From the IMG/VR virus record IMGVR_UViG_3300020466_000002: DNA of 64,000 nucleotides, one strand, 5' to 3'. The stretch comes from an uncultured virus (IMG/VR IMGVR_UViG_3300020466_000002). Its lineage: Duplodnaviria > Heunggongvirae > Uroviricota > Caudoviricetes. Under the pieces are notes generated by a model, which made no database searches, was not told the DNA's origin, and saw only the letters and a list, made by a program, of their open reading frames with translations. Both the position numbers and the translations under genes were made by a program. Below, in pieces: positions 46,080 to 56,835 of this stretch (position 1 is the first letter of the stretch; each line of letters opens with the position of its first letter).

Positions 46080-46796
46080 TTAACCTATATTACCAACTGC
46101 ACCACCATGTTGAGCACTTTGCCAATTACCTGCTAAAGCACCACCTTTCATTCTTTGCGTTCCAAGACCTACTAAATTACCTACACCAGCCATCATACTC
46201 TTTTTAGCTCTCATTGTATCAGCCGTAGCCATACCAAGTCTATGTGTAGCTCTTTTTAACATACCAGAACCTTTTGCAGCTTCCATTTGTCTACTCATCA
46301 TATCACCTTTAACTTCTAGTTGATCTAATTGAGCTTGTTGAGCCATCGTTTGCATTTGATTTTGTTGCTCTTGTTGACCTATATCTACCGAAGCTTGTTG
46401 TAAGTTAGCTGATTGTTGACTGGCCATAGATTGAGCTAACGCAGCAATACCTGATCCACCCGCAGCACCTTCTAGATTACTCATAGTGTTTGCTAGCGCA
46501 GCTTGTTGTTGCTGAGCAAGAAACTGTGACTGCTGCTGATTAACAGTAGCGTCTTCAAACGTATTTTGCATGTTTGCATAAGGATTAGAAGCATCTAAGT
46601 TTTCTAATCTAGATATTTGTTTGTCATATCCTGCCTGAGCGTTTCTTTGTTCTCTTTTTCTAGCCCTATTACCTATTAAACCTCCAGCTAGTTTAGCTCC
46701 TATTTTTATACCAGCACCAGCTAGTAATAAAGGCGCTATACCATATTGAACGTTCGCGTTAGCGGGACCAATTAAAAAATCAATTAACCATTCCAT
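46080..46796 (-). CDS. ejection/pilot-like protein
   Basis: Gly/Ala-rich hydrophobic N-terminus, Gln/Ala-rich coiled coil. Confidence 0.6.
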   Translation of the reverse strand: MEWLIDFLIGPANANVQYGIAPLLLAGAGIKIGAKLAGGLIGNRARKREQRNAQAGYDKQISRLENLDASNPYANMQNTFEDATVNQQQSQFLAQQQQAALANTMSNLEGAAGGSGIAALAQSMASQQSANLQQASVDIGQQEQQNQMQTMAQQAQLDQLEVKGDMMSRQMEAAKGSGMLKRATHRLGMATADTMRAKKSMMAGVGNLVGLGTQRMKGGALAGNWQSAQHGGAVGNIG

Positions 46797-46829
46797 ATTA
46801 TATATTTATTTATTAGTTATAATTACACA

Positions 46830-47174
46830 TTATTTGCTACTTTCAAATACTTCCGAGGAAACCGTAAATAATTCAGCAGCTTCTGTGCTATTGTTTTGCA
46901 TTTCAACTTCAGCATAATAACCTTTTAAACCTGCTTGGTTTGCTCTAGGATCTTTACTAAACATTATATAAGATCCATTTGCAGGTCTAGGCGTACTATT
47001 ACCTATGTTAGTAGTCAACGAGTATTCGTTTACTATTGTAGCTGTACCCATTTCAACCATACTGTTAGCTGTATTAAAACCACCTACAGTACCTGTTGCA
47101 CAATAATATATTGTATCTCCTACTTGAACTGAATCATTTATTGGGTAATCAAAAGCTAAGTTTATAGTTGCCAT
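46830..47174 (-). CDS. tail-associated structural protein
   Basis: 114 aa; LKGYYAEV...ELF.V.S.VFESS. Confidence 0.55.
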   Translation of the reverse strand: MATINLAFDYPINDSVQVGDTIYYCATGTVGGFNTANSMVEMGTATIVNEYSLTTNIGNSTPRPANGSYIMFSKDPRANQAGLKGYYAEVEMQNNSTEAAELFTVSSEVFESSK

Positions 47175-47185
47175 ATTTTTTTATT

Positions 47186-49504
47186 TTAACAGTTTACTGC
47201 ATTAGTGTCATTGTGTGCATCTTGAGCTGTATTAAACCATTGTGCACCTGAACCACTTATGTAAGCTCCAATAGCACCATCAGAAACTGATACATTTATT
47301 ATTTTACCAGCTGCATATTCAGTACTACCACATCCACCAGCAGAAGTTACAAATCTAACAAATTTATTTAAACCAAAGCAACTGTTAGGTATTACAGCTA
47401 AACTACTACCATTACAATATTGAGTAGAACTAACATAGTACTGAACATTTGTAGTGTTTCCAGAAGAATCATATCTTTCTATTAACCATCTAGCTCCTGT
47501 TCCACCGTCAGCTAAATCTCCAATAGATATTGTAAATTGTTTTTCAACATTACCACTACCATCAGCGTCAGTAGATCTAACTCTAATAGAGTAAGAGTCT
47601 TTAGTTTCATAATCGAATACCTCACCAGCTCTTAAATTAGAACCACTAATGTTAAAGCTTGAGTTATCAGTACTACCAGTACCAGAAACTAAAGTATAAG
47701 TGTAAGTTCCACTACCATCAGGATCCACTGAAGAGAATGCTCCAATCACATCATTTATTGAGTTGTTTTCATTTATTGATTGACTAGACATTGTTATATC
47801 AGTAGGTGCATCAGCTACAGCAGCTATATTTAATGTAGCTGTTGCTGTATTACTATTTTCTAAACCATCATTAACTCTCCATGTGAATGTAACATTAGTA
47901 TTGTTATTAGCAGCAGGTGTATAGGTTATAGCTCCAGTAGAAGCATTTATAGAACCTAAAGTACCATTAGAACCACTATTATCAGCTACAACACTATATG
48001 TTAGTGTATTTCCTTGAGGGTTTGTTACATGCGAACTTAAATCAATACTTAAGTTAGAATCTTCATTACCAGCAAAAGTTGCGTTAGCAGCAACAGTTGG
48101 TACGTTTATAAAATTATCTAAAGCTAAAACATGTGTTGAGTTAGCTATTCCAAATTTATCTATTTCTGATGAAACAGTTATTGTATAAGACTGAACACCA
48201 GCCCCACCTATAGTACTAGGATTAATACTTACTGTGTCTAATAACATAGAGCCAGAAGTTGAAGTTGATCCATCTACGTTTGTTCCGACAAAATCACTAC
48301 CTATTGGTAATCTTCTTAAAACCATATTAACATCATCTGTTAATACTAAAGAAGATGCAAATGTAGCTCTTCCTGATGGTACAGATAAAGCAACACCTGA
48401 ATGTGTTTTTGATGGTGTACTTGTATAAGATCTACCACTAGCTGAATTAGTACTAACAGTATAACCACATGTACCATATGATATAACGTTAAAAGTAGCA
48501 ATACTATTATTGTCAGGGTCTATACCACTAGCTAAATCAGATCCTGCGTAAGCAGCGGTACTTAAAGTAAAGTCATACTGATCTGGATCACCAGTTGTTG
48601 GATAAACAACGTCTACATCTATATAACCATTACTTGGTATTGTTAATGCTTTTGAACCACCACCAGTAAAATTTAAATCTGTAAAGTTGTAAGCTGTACT
48701 ATCTTCGTTAACCATAGCCAAATCTACTTGAGCACCACTCTCACCATATACTCTTAATGTTCCTTCTGTTCTATTCTGTGAAATAGAGTTTGGTTCAATT
48801 GTATAACTATTAATAAGCTTAAGGCCATCATCTGTTATTAAAGTACCATCAGCATTTGCTGTAATTGTAATTACATCTGCAGAAGGGTTTGTGCTCTCAC
48901 CATCTGGAAAGTTATATTTTATCTCAAAAGTTTTAGACAGTATAGCATCGGTGTATGTAGCGTGTACTGTTGTTGAGCAGGTTATCGTATAATGATCAGC
49001 TGTTCCAGTTGTTACTACGTGACTAGGTTCAGATGTAAAATACTTACCTGAAGTAGCTGTTATAGTTTTTGTTACTACAGCAACTGGGTCTCCAACGCCA
49101 TCATAAGTTCCTGTTACAGTATAACTATTTGTTCCACTTGATGATGTTGTATTTGTTTCAACTGTTGTAACGTTTGTTAGTCTAGTTTCTCCTTTATCCT
49201 GAGATAAAACTGCAGCTCCATCAATATCTATTGTTAAGGTTACATCATTTGTACCAGGGTTATAACTGTTAGTTAAATCACAAGTTACTAATACTGTATT
49301 ATCTAACGCATAAGCGGTTGTACTATCACTTAATGTTATAGTGTCAATCCCTGTTGGAGGTGATTGTTTTGAAAAATCAGTAGCTTTAACAACATAACCA
49401 ACATCTGGAGTAATAACTAAAACTTGACTAGCTGTAGTTCCTACTGCTTGATTTGAGGTTACGTCTACCGCTGTGGATGTTATAGTGCAATTAGTTAATG
49501 CCAT
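47186..49504 (-). CDS. structural protein with Ig/cadherin-like domains
   Basis: NED, YTP...FT..VND, PTDI.....INEN, D.D, FDYE.K..YSIRVR.TD motifs. Confidence 0.7.
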   Translation of the reverse strand: MALTNCTITSTAVDVTSNQAVGTTASQVLVITPDVGYVVKATDFSKQSPPTGIDTITLSDSTTAYALDNTVLVTCDLTNSYNPGTNDVTLTIDIDGAAVLSQDKGETRLTNVTTVETNTTSSSGTNSYTVTGTYDGVGDPVAVVTKTITATSGKYFTSEPSHVVTTGTADHYTITCSTTVHATYTDAILSKTFEIKYNFPDGESTNPSADVITITANADGTLITDDGLKLINSYTIEPNSISQNRTEGTLRVYGESGAQVDLAMVNEDSTAYNFTDLNFTGGGSKALTIPSNGYIDVDVVYPTTGDPDQYDFTLSTAAYAGSDLASGIDPDNNSIATFNVISYGTCGYTVSTNSASGRSYTSTPSKTHSGVALSVPSGRATFASSLVLTDDVNMVLRRLPIGSDFVGTNVDGSTSTSGSMLLDTVSINPSTIGGAGVQSYTITVSSEIDKFGIANSTHVLALDNFINVPTVAANATFAGNEDSNLSIDLSSHVTNPQGNTLTYSVVADNSGSNGTLGSINASTGAITYTPAANNNTNVTFTWRVNDGLENSNTATATLNIAAVADAPTDITMSSQSINENNSINDVIGAFSSVDPDGSGTYTYTLVSGTGSTDNSSFNISGSNLRAGEVFDYETKDSYSIRVRSTDADGSGNVEKQFTISIGDLADGGTGARWLIERYDSSGNTTNVQYYVSSTQYCNGSSLAVIPNSCFGLNKFVRFVTSAGGCGSTEYAAGKIINVSVSDGAIGAYISGSGAQWFNTAQDAHNDTNAVNC

Positions 49505-52500
49505 TAGTCGTTATTTTCAATTATTGTTATAGTTACATCACTTGGTGTAGTATCTCCACTAGCTGCTTCTTTCATTTCTCCTATACCTTGTATATTAAAC
49601 TCATCTGAATTTATATTTGCAAGAGTAGGTGAGGTTAAAGTATTACCTTGTATAAAACTAAACCATTTGTTTTCTTTATTTTTAAACTGATACACATTAC
49701 CTTCTTCTAAATCAGTTACAACGCTACTAGCATACCAACCAGCTTTAGTAGCATTGTTAAAGTATTCACCATCAGTTAAATCTTGTATTACTTTACTTTG
49801 ACTACCTTCATAATTTAATGTTCCAAAGCTTTTTATCGTGTCAGGTGCGTCAGAGAATATAAACTTAACAGATGAATTTACAGCACTACCACCATAAAAA
49901 GTATTTCTAACTTCATTATCATGGGAATACATTTCACCGTTTCTAAATGTATAATATAAGTTATTTAACGATATACCAGCTTCTGGAAGATAAGATTTTC
50001 TACTTGGCCAACCTTGTACTTCTTCTTTAAATGAAATAGTATCATCTAAACCTCTAACACTACTACTTTGTAATGATATATCATATAAACCTTTTTTATC
50101 ATTAAAAGCTCCAATAGCTATATCTGTTTCTGCTAATTTATCTCTAAAGTAATCTAGCATACCATGTGCTGATATAGGTTCTAAACCATTTCTAGATAAC
50201 CTTAATACAACACCTCTTGCTTTGTCTGTAAAATAAGATCTAAATCCATATGTTGCAAAACTTGTTGGATCTTTACTTATACCAAACTCACCAACATAAG
50301 GAACTGATTGTCCTAAAACAGCTGTATTAGATGTTACGTTTGCATTTCCATCAGCATTAAATAAAGCATCTTTGTTGGCTAATATATTTAAACATTTATC
50401 CTCACATAGAACAGTCATGTCTGAATCTCTTGCGTTTAGCTTCTGTATACTACCATAAGCAGGATTTTCATCTTTAGTTATATTCTCACCCATTATAAAT
50501 TGATTTAATCTATTTATTCCTGATGAAGAATTAAATATTTGTGAAAATATTAATCCATTTGTTTTATGTTCTTCTTCATATTTTTCTGCTAACGTGCTAG
50601 ATGCTTTAACACCTTTAGATATTGTCGGTGCGTTAAAATCATCTCGTATTCTATTTGATTCAACACCATTAGCAAAACTAATACAATTTGAATAAGGTAA
50701 TTGTCTAGCAGCACCATGAGGATTACTAAGAGCATTATCTAACGCATAACCTTCAGTTGCTTCAAAAAATAAATTTAATTCAGGAGCTTCTTTTGGTTCT
50801 GTTTCCCAAATAGCTGGATTGTCAGATGTAAAACCATCGTTTTCTTCTTCATCGATAAATGTACTACCTAATTGTATTTCTGTTCTATATGATTGACCAT
50901 TTCCAAAATTTTGTATACCACTTGTTTCAGGAGCTGAAGCATCATAAGTATCTTCAGGAGCCCATTCTAAAGGTCTATCTAATTTAATAGTCCAAAGAAC
51001 AACCCTACTACTAGCAAAAGTAGCTGTTCTACCACTACCACCACTACTTCTTCCTTCATACATAGCTAAAGCACTTCTTCTATAACCTTTTATTCTATAT
51101 ATTCTGTTTTCATCAGGATCTGATGCGAATCTTATTATACCTTCTAATTGTTGTAATCCTTTTACAAAATCAGAGTGTTCAGGTTTTAATTCACTATTAG
51201 CACTAGCTTTACCAAACTTTTGCCAAAAATCAACCCAAGCTTCATCTTGACCATTCTCACTATTATTTGTTTTTTCTCCAAAACTATGATACCCTATTTC
51301 TATTATATCTGATCCTGTCTGAGCACCATAACCTTCAGCTTTATTTTTACCAGCATTTTCTGATCCTTGGTTTCTGTACATACCTATATCACCTTCACCA
51401 CCTATATCTTTAAACCAATATGGTTTATGAGTTTTATATATAAACCAACCAGCAGCTTTACTATTCCAAGTATCTGTTCCGCTTATAAAATTTCCTTTTT
51501 CATGTTCTCTCCAAAACTTGTATGATTTTGGTTTACCTGTCCACGCATTACCACTATTATAATTTTGTATTGTTCTATCTATTTGACCAAATTGATTACT
51601 AGCTACTATTCTATAATCATCTTCATTATCAAAGTTTGTTATGTTTTGTTCTAATACAGCATCTCTATAAACTTTAGCAAAAAATCTACCTTGAAATTCA
51701 GGTAATAATTTTTTCTGTCTTTGACATATTTCAAATTTACAACCACTATCGTGATGTGTACCAGCCGCAACAGATCCTAACCAACCTGCATCTCCTTCGT
51801 CAAATTTATCTTCTATATCTACTTGCCAATATTTACCATTATGATCACCAGCATCACTAGCGTTTCCGTTAGTAAATGTAACAGCATCTTTATTGTCTGC
51901 CACATAAATTATATTAGCTATATTATACCATTTAGTTTGTCTTTTACCTCTAGTAATTCTACACATTAAATCGCTTAATTGATGTATCGATGCACTAGTT
52001 AAATTAGCATCGTCATCACTACCTGTTATACCTCCAAAAACACGACCCCATAAAAGCTTTGATATTCTTACTCTTGCTGTATTTGCTTCCGGATAACCAC
52101 CTGTTAAAAACATTCTACCATTAGCGTCATGCTCGACAAAACCTTTTGAAACTTTTTTAATTGTTAAAAAGTCAGGTGCGTTATTTTCAATAGCAATAAC
52201 CTTATATTTAGCAGGATCAGAAACAAATATATCACTATCGTGTCTTTTCTTTAATATTAAAAATGTTTCTTCATCTATTTTATTTCTTTCCGATGAAGGA
52301 AAAGCCAACCAAACATTACCGTCTTCAGCTTTATAATGTCTATCCATAGCTAAGTTATAGTATGGTTGAGATGTTTCTTTAATAAAAAATTTAAAATGAG
52401 TTGCCCATTGTGGAGGTTGATTTAAAACCCTAACTGATAATTTATTATATCTTCTTGCAGCAGCTTTATCTAACTGTATAGATCCACTAGGATCTGTTAA

Positions 52501-54030
52501 CACAGGTGTTTCTCTACCATACTCATCTAAGTACACTATACCTACTTGATAAGTTCTAAGCGATTTTACAGATTTAGAAGGCTCACCCGGTGGTCCAACT
52601 ATAGCTGGTGCAGTTACTTTAAATAAAGGAGTTATTTCACGATTATTTTCATCTACAACATTATATTGATGTTTATAGTTACCGTAAACTAATCTATTAG
52701 CAACCATTTCTTGAGCTTTTGCTACTTTTGGAACATTGTCCCATGGTCTAATCATTTGATTTGCTGGTAAAACTTTATGTATAACTTCAGATGTTATTTC
52801 TAAACTATTACTAGTCCACTCATCATCTTTGTTACCGTAGTAACCTTTTATACTTTTAACAGTATAAACATTTGTGTTTACATCATCTTTATATAATATA
52901 TCTATTTCAACAACATCTTTAGGTTTATGAGCTGTTCTAAAATTAGATATTGTTAATTTTTTAAGTTCGTTTACCATACCTAAATTATAACCCTTTTTAG
53001 GTGCATAATCAAATTCTTGAGGTAAAAAAGCTACTTCTGTGAAGGGTCCAATAGCTGAGTATTGACCATCTTTGTATTTATATCTATATGCAAATCTAAC
53101 AAATTTAAATTCAAAAAGTTTTTCATCTTCTATTAATTCTACTTTCCAGTCTTGAGCTCCAGCTAATATCTCTGTCGATATTGCATCAATATGAACATAA
53201 ATTCTATTTTGAGTAGAATCAACATTATTTACTGTTAATATTATTTCTTCATCATCAGCATCGTTTAGTAATGTTAACTTTATTTTTTTACCGTCCCACT
53301 CTAATAAATCAATCGCAGGTGTGGTAAATGTTAAATAACCACTACCAGCGGTATAATTTCCCGTACTTAATGGAACAACTTCTGCGTCTACTGTATGTGT
53401 AAAGTTTGTTTGTAATAATGTAGTTTCGGTAGGACCATCTGTCAAGGTATTTGACATGGTTAATGTTGGAGGTTGTACTGGTGATTTTTTTATTACAGTT
53501 ATATCTCTTTCTTCAAAATTATAAAGAGCATTGTTATGATCTCTCAACTGTGTATGTGTGCTAAAGTTACTACTACCAGCTTTAAATGTATCTATATTGA
53601 TCATTTTAGGCTCATTAAGATTGTCAGTAAAACATAATAAGTTTTCTATTATATTTACACCGGTTATTCTATAAGCATAAGCTCTACTAAAATTTAAAAT
53701 ACCTTGTGTATCAACTAATACAGGTGTCACTGATCTTCTTAGTGGATCATATTCAGCTATTGCATCTACTGTATTTCCTTTTATAAACCAATATATTCTG
53801 TCTTTAGCAGAATCTTTTACAACTCCTATACATTCTGAACCTGATATACCTATTAAACCATTATAAGCTAATTGATTTCCTAATATGTTTTGTACAGTAC
53901 CAATTTCACTACCCTCAGAACTAGCTACTTCAATATTCATTGCGTCTCTATACTCACCGTTAGGAACTAATCTTTCGTCAAGGTCTTTATTCATTTTACC
54001 ATAACGAAAATCTTGTTTCAATTCAGCCAT
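49504..54030 (-). CDS. tail nozzle/muzzle protein
   Basis: 1508 aa; N-terminal GKMNKDLDERLVPNGEYRDAMNI, FAYRYKY.DG.YS; follows ring proteins. Confidence 0.7.
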   Translation of the reverse strand: MAELKQDFRYGKMNKDLDERLVPNGEYRDAMNIEVASSEGSEIGTVQNILGNQLAYNGLIGISGSECIGVVKDSAKDRIYWFIKGNTVDAIAEYDPLRRSVTPVLVDTQGILNFSRAYAYRITGVNIIENLLCFTDNLNEPKMINIDTFKAGSSNFSTHTQLRDHNNALYNFEERDITVIKKSPVQPPTLTMSNTLTDGPTETTLLQTNFTHTVDAEVVPLSTGNYTAGSGYLTFTTPAIDLLEWDGKKIKLTLLNDADDEEIILTVNNVDSTQNRIYVHIDAISTEILAGAQDWKVELIEDEKLFEFKFVRFAYRYKYKDGQYSAIGPFTEVAFLPQEFDYAPKKGYNLGMVNELKKLTISNFRTAHKPKDVVEIDILYKDDVNTNVYTVKSIKGYYGNKDDEWTSNSLEITSEVIHKVLPANQMIRPWDNVPKVAKAQEMVANRLVYGNYKHQYNVVDENNREITPLFKVTAPAIVGPPGEPSKSVKSLRTYQVGIVYLDEYGRETPVLTDPSGSIQLDKAAARRYNKLSVRVLNQPPQWATHFKFFIKETSQPYYNLAMDRHYKAEDGNVWLAFPSSERNKIDEETFLILKKRHDSDIFVSDPAKYKVIAIENNAPDFLTIKKVSKGFVEHDANGRMFLTGGYPEANTARVRISKLLWGRVFGGITGSDDDANLTSASIHQLSDLMCRITRGKRQTKWYNIANIIYVADNKDAVTFTNGNASDAGDHNGKYWQVDIEDKFDEGDAGWLGSVAAGTHHDSGCKFEICQRQKKLLPEFQGRFFAKVYRDAVLEQNITNFDNEDDYRIVASNQFGQIDRTIQNYNSGNAWTGKPKSYKFWREHEKGNFISGTDTWNSKAAGWFIYKTHKPYWFKDIGGEGDIGMYRNQGSENAGKNKAEGYGAQTGSDIIEIGYHSFGEKTNNSENGQDEAWVDFWQKFGKASANSELKPEHSDFVKGLQQLEGIIRFASDPDENRIYRIKGYRRSALAMYEGRSSGGSGRTATFASSRVVLWTIKLDRPLEWAPEDTYDASAPETSGIQNFGNGQSYRTEIQLGSTFIDEEENDGFTSDNPAIWETEPKEAPELNLFFEATEGYALDNALSNPHGAARQLPYSNCISFANGVESNRIRDDFNAPTISKGVKASSTLAEKYEEEHKTNGLIFSQIFNSSSGINRLNQFIMGENITKDENPAYGSIQKLNARDSDMTVLCEDKCLNILANKDALFNADGNANVTSNTAVLGQSVPYVGEFGISKDPTSFATYGFRSYFTDKARGVVLRLSRNGLEPISAHGMLDYFRDKLAETDIAIGAFNDKKGLYDISLQSSSVRGLDDTISFKEEVQGWPSRKSYLPEAGISLNNLYYTFRNGEMYSHDNEVRNTFYGGSAVNSSVKFIFSDAPDTIKSFGTLNYEGSQSKVIQDLTDGEYFNNATKAGWYASSVVTDLEEGNVYQFKNKENKWFSFIQGNTLTSPTLANINSDEFNIQGIGEMKEAASGDTTPSDVTITIIENND

Positions 54031-54036
54031 ATTTTA

Positions 54037-55164
54037 TTAATGTTTTATATGTTTCGACTTACCTCTCATTACCTGAGTTAGCTCTCCTATTTTCAAGTTA
54101 GATAATCTTAGTTTTGCGTTTCTTATAGCAGCAAACCTTTCTCTTTTATATCTTTGAACTAATGTTTCAGGTGTATCAAATTTTGTAGATAAGATAGCAT
54201 GAGCTATCCATTTATACATGGCTTCTTCTGCGAATTTATGAACTATCATTTCAGCATCAGTACCAAGACTATCACTCACGTAATGTAATGTTATTGTTTT
54301 ACCAGTCAAACTTGAACTAAAATGTATTTTACCTCTAGCGTTATCTATATAAAATAATCCGTTTACTTGTAAACTTTCTGGGTTACCACCGTATCTAGAA
54401 CCTGTATCATTTTGATAATCATATAAATTTTCAGGAGATCCATTAACTGTTGTACCTTCTGATTTTGATCTGAAAGCAGTCCATGTTTCTGAGTCAAAAG
54501 ATTCTAATACATCTCCATTACTATCATACATGTAAGTAAAATCATCTGCTTGTATAATACCTTTTGGATTACTAGTTTTACCTGTTGGGTATATAATATG
54601 CTCTAAACCTCCATTATCTATATAACTACATTTAATATAATTAACATAATCATGAGGTAAGGCCATTGTTAAACTTGGTGGTATATCTATTTCTTGTGAT
54701 TTGCTAGATCTAAATACATCATAGCTTAATTCTTGTATTGCTCTTTGTGCATGAAAAGCTACATCAGCTCTTCTAACTTTATTAACTATTTTGTTTGGTC
54801 CAACATAACCAACCATAAAGTTGTTTATAATATCTTTAACAGTTATAAACTGATAGTTACCTAAATTTTCGTCAAAGTTAAACTGTTTAACTAGTACAAT
54901 ATCATCTAATGCTGGTTTACCAGACGTAAATGTTATAGTACCAATTGCTGGTGTACCAGCTGTAGCATAAGTATATGTTCCACTACTAACTTCTGTTCCG
55001 TTGACAAATACAGTAAATTGTTCTTCAGCTGTTGGTGCAGGATCAAAACTTAATACATATTTACCCTCATCACCATGACCAGAACCATTTGCCTGATTTG
55101 CTGTTGTTGTGAAACTCTGACTATTTTCGTAATATTGTTGTTGTGTTCCTGTAAATAGTGGCAT
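54037..55164 (-). CDS. tail ring/adaptor protein
   Basis: 375 aa; LPHDYVNY; position after capsid module. Confidence 0.6.
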   Translation of the reverse strand: MPLFTGTQQQYYENSQSFTTTANQANGSGHGDEGKYVLSFDPAPTAEEQFTVFVNGTEVSSGTYTYATAGTPAIGTITFTSGKPALDDIVLVKQFNFDENLGNYQFITVKDIINNFMVGYVGPNKIVNKVRRADVAFHAQRAIQELSYDVFRSSKSQEIDIPPSLTMALPHDYVNYIKCSYIDNGGLEHIIYPTGKTSNPKGIIQADDFTYMYDSNGDVLESFDSETWTAFRSKSEGTTVNGSPENLYDYQNDTGSRYGGNPESLQVNGLFYIDNARGKIHFSSSLTGKTITLHYVSDSLGTDAEMIVHKFAEEAMYKWIAHAILSTKFDTPETLVQRYKRERFAAIRNAKLRLSNLKIGELTQVMRGKSKHIKH

Positions 55165-55170
55165 ATCTTA

Positions 55171-55935
55171 TTATTGTTTTTCTTGTTGTAAATATTGAGC
55201 CTCTTCTGTACCAGCTAACTGATATAGTCCAGGATCTTTTATTAAAATACCAGCTAATTCTAATATTTTAATAACTAAATTCTTTTCATCAGATGGGTGT
55301 AATTCAAAATGAGTTGTTCTATCAGCATTGTATAAAGCTTTCTCATTAACTATTGTATATCCCCAAGATACCTTTGATGGGTGATCTATGTAATTACACA
55401 CGACTCCTGTAGTGATTGTTGGAAAGACTTGTATTGTTCTTTCTAAAGGTATACCTGTTAATAGATCTGTTGTTGATCCAATTCTAAGTATATTAGATGT
55501 TCTAACATAGACAGGTCTGTCTATTGTTGGAGCTGTTAATGGAGAGTTTTGTATATGATGAAGTTGATTTTGATCAATCTTTTCTATTTCAACATATTGA
55601 CCATTACATAAAGAGTATATTTCACCCATTCTATAATGATCTGGTAATTCCCATATACCAGCTTGATTAGCATTAGTTGTATATAAACAGCTAACTCTAA
55701 ATTTTTCGAAAATATCAATTTTTTCGTTTATCAAATCTAGCATATCAGAATATGTACTATCATTACCTGTTTCTCCTTTTTCAAATTGATTCCAATCGTA
55801 AAAGTATTGTTCAAATATATTCATTTGTGCTTGGTTCGCCAATAAGTTAAACTCTTGAGGTGTTATATAACCTCTCTGTTCTTTATTAGCTATTGCTAAC
55901 ACTCTTTGATATACTGTATCGATATTAACTGCCAT
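55171..55935 (-). CDS. tail ring/adaptor protein
   Basis: 254 aa; VYQRVL..ANKEQRGYITPQEFN. Confidence 0.6.
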   Translation of the reverse strand: MAVNIDTVYQRVLAIANKEQRGYITPQEFNLLANQAQMNIFEQYFYDWNQFEKGETGNDSTYSDMLDLINEKIDIFEKFRVSCLYTTNANQAGIWELPDHYRMGEIYSLCNGQYVEIEKIDQNQLHHIQNSPLTAPTIDRPVYVRTSNILRIGSTTDLLTGIPLERTIQVFPTITTGVVCNYIDHPSKVSWGYTIVNEKALYNADRTTHFELHPSDEKNLVIKILELAGILIKDPGLYQLAGTEEAQYLQQEKQ

Positions 55936-55950
55936 AGTTTTTTTATTTAT

Positions 55951-55981
55951 AGTGTAGTCACCTCATAGAGATGACTACTCT
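55951..55981 (-). terminator. intergenic hairpin
   Basis: TAGTCA.CTC-ata-GAG.TGACTA inverted repeat. Confidence 0.4.
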
Positions 55982-55994
55982 ATAAAGTGATTAA

Positions 55995-56756
55995 TTATTT
56001 TAATCTTTTTTGTATTGATGTTAAAACCTCCATACCTTCATCAGTCTTAAACCAAGCGGCTAAAGCTGAATATGGATGTTCATCTAATGGTACTGTAAAT
56101 AGTTTTCTACCATTACTTGCCCATTGAAACGTTCTGTTATCAGGTGAAATTTTTAGTATATTTGCTTCTACAGCTTTAATACCAATGTTTCTTAGCTCCA
56201 CAGAATCATCTTGAGCTAATTCTAAGAACATATAAGGGTTTTTCTTAGCCATAAGCATTAGATCTCTTTTTATTGCATTAGAGGTCATATTATTTACGCT
56301 ACTACCTATTTCAACTCTGAGTATTGCCTCAGCTTGATCTATGTCCATTTCTCTAGCAACTAATAAAGCTTCGATTTCCATTTCCATGTAACCTAAATCA
56401 TTTGTTGCTTCTTTCACTTCATCACGTTCAACATATATAATGTCTTTCATTGGATGATATAGTGATAACATTTTTTGAAGATTTTGTCTTCTTTTTGGAA
56501 CAACTAACGTTCCATTTCTAAAGGCTATATGCCCTAGAGTTGCAACTCCTTTTTGTTCTTCCACAAAAGGTGAACTTTGGTTAGTTGCGTATCGTAATTC
56601 TTTTTGTATTTTCTCATTATCATCAAACCATAATAAAGGTTTTCTTCTAGTGTGTCTACTTGGAATTACATAAACGACAGGTTTACTATCTGATTTTAAA
56701 TGATAAATCCTATCTTTCATTTCCCACGTATCTGGGGTGCTTGTTTTTTTTGCCAT
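55995..56756 (-). CDS. conserved head-module protein downstream of MCP
   Basis: 253 aa; ELRYATNQ.SPFV.EQ. Confidence 0.55.
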   Translation of the reverse strand: MAKKTSTPDTWEMKDRIYHLKSDSKPVVYVIPSRHTRRKPLLWFDDNEKIQKELRYATNQSSPFVEEQKGVATLGHIAFRNGTLVVPKRRQNLQKMLSLYHPMKDIIYVERDEVKEATNDLGYMEMEIEALLVAREMDIDQAEAILRVEIGSSVNNMTSNAIKRDLMLMAKKNPYMFLELAQDDSVELRNIGIKAVEANILKISPDNRTFQWASNGRKLFTVPLDEHPYSALAAWFKTDEGMEVLTSIQKRLK

Positions 56757-56774
56757 GATATAATATAATTAAAA

Positions 56775-56822
56775 AAGTTATTAAAAATAAAGGTGTAGGG
56801 AGCCGAAGCTCCCTTTAACCTT
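56775..56822 (-). terminator. rho-independent terminator after major capsid gene
   Basis: - strand GGGAGC-TTCG-GCTCCC followed by T-rich run. Confidence 0.7.
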
Positions 56823-56835
56823 TAATTAGTGTTGA

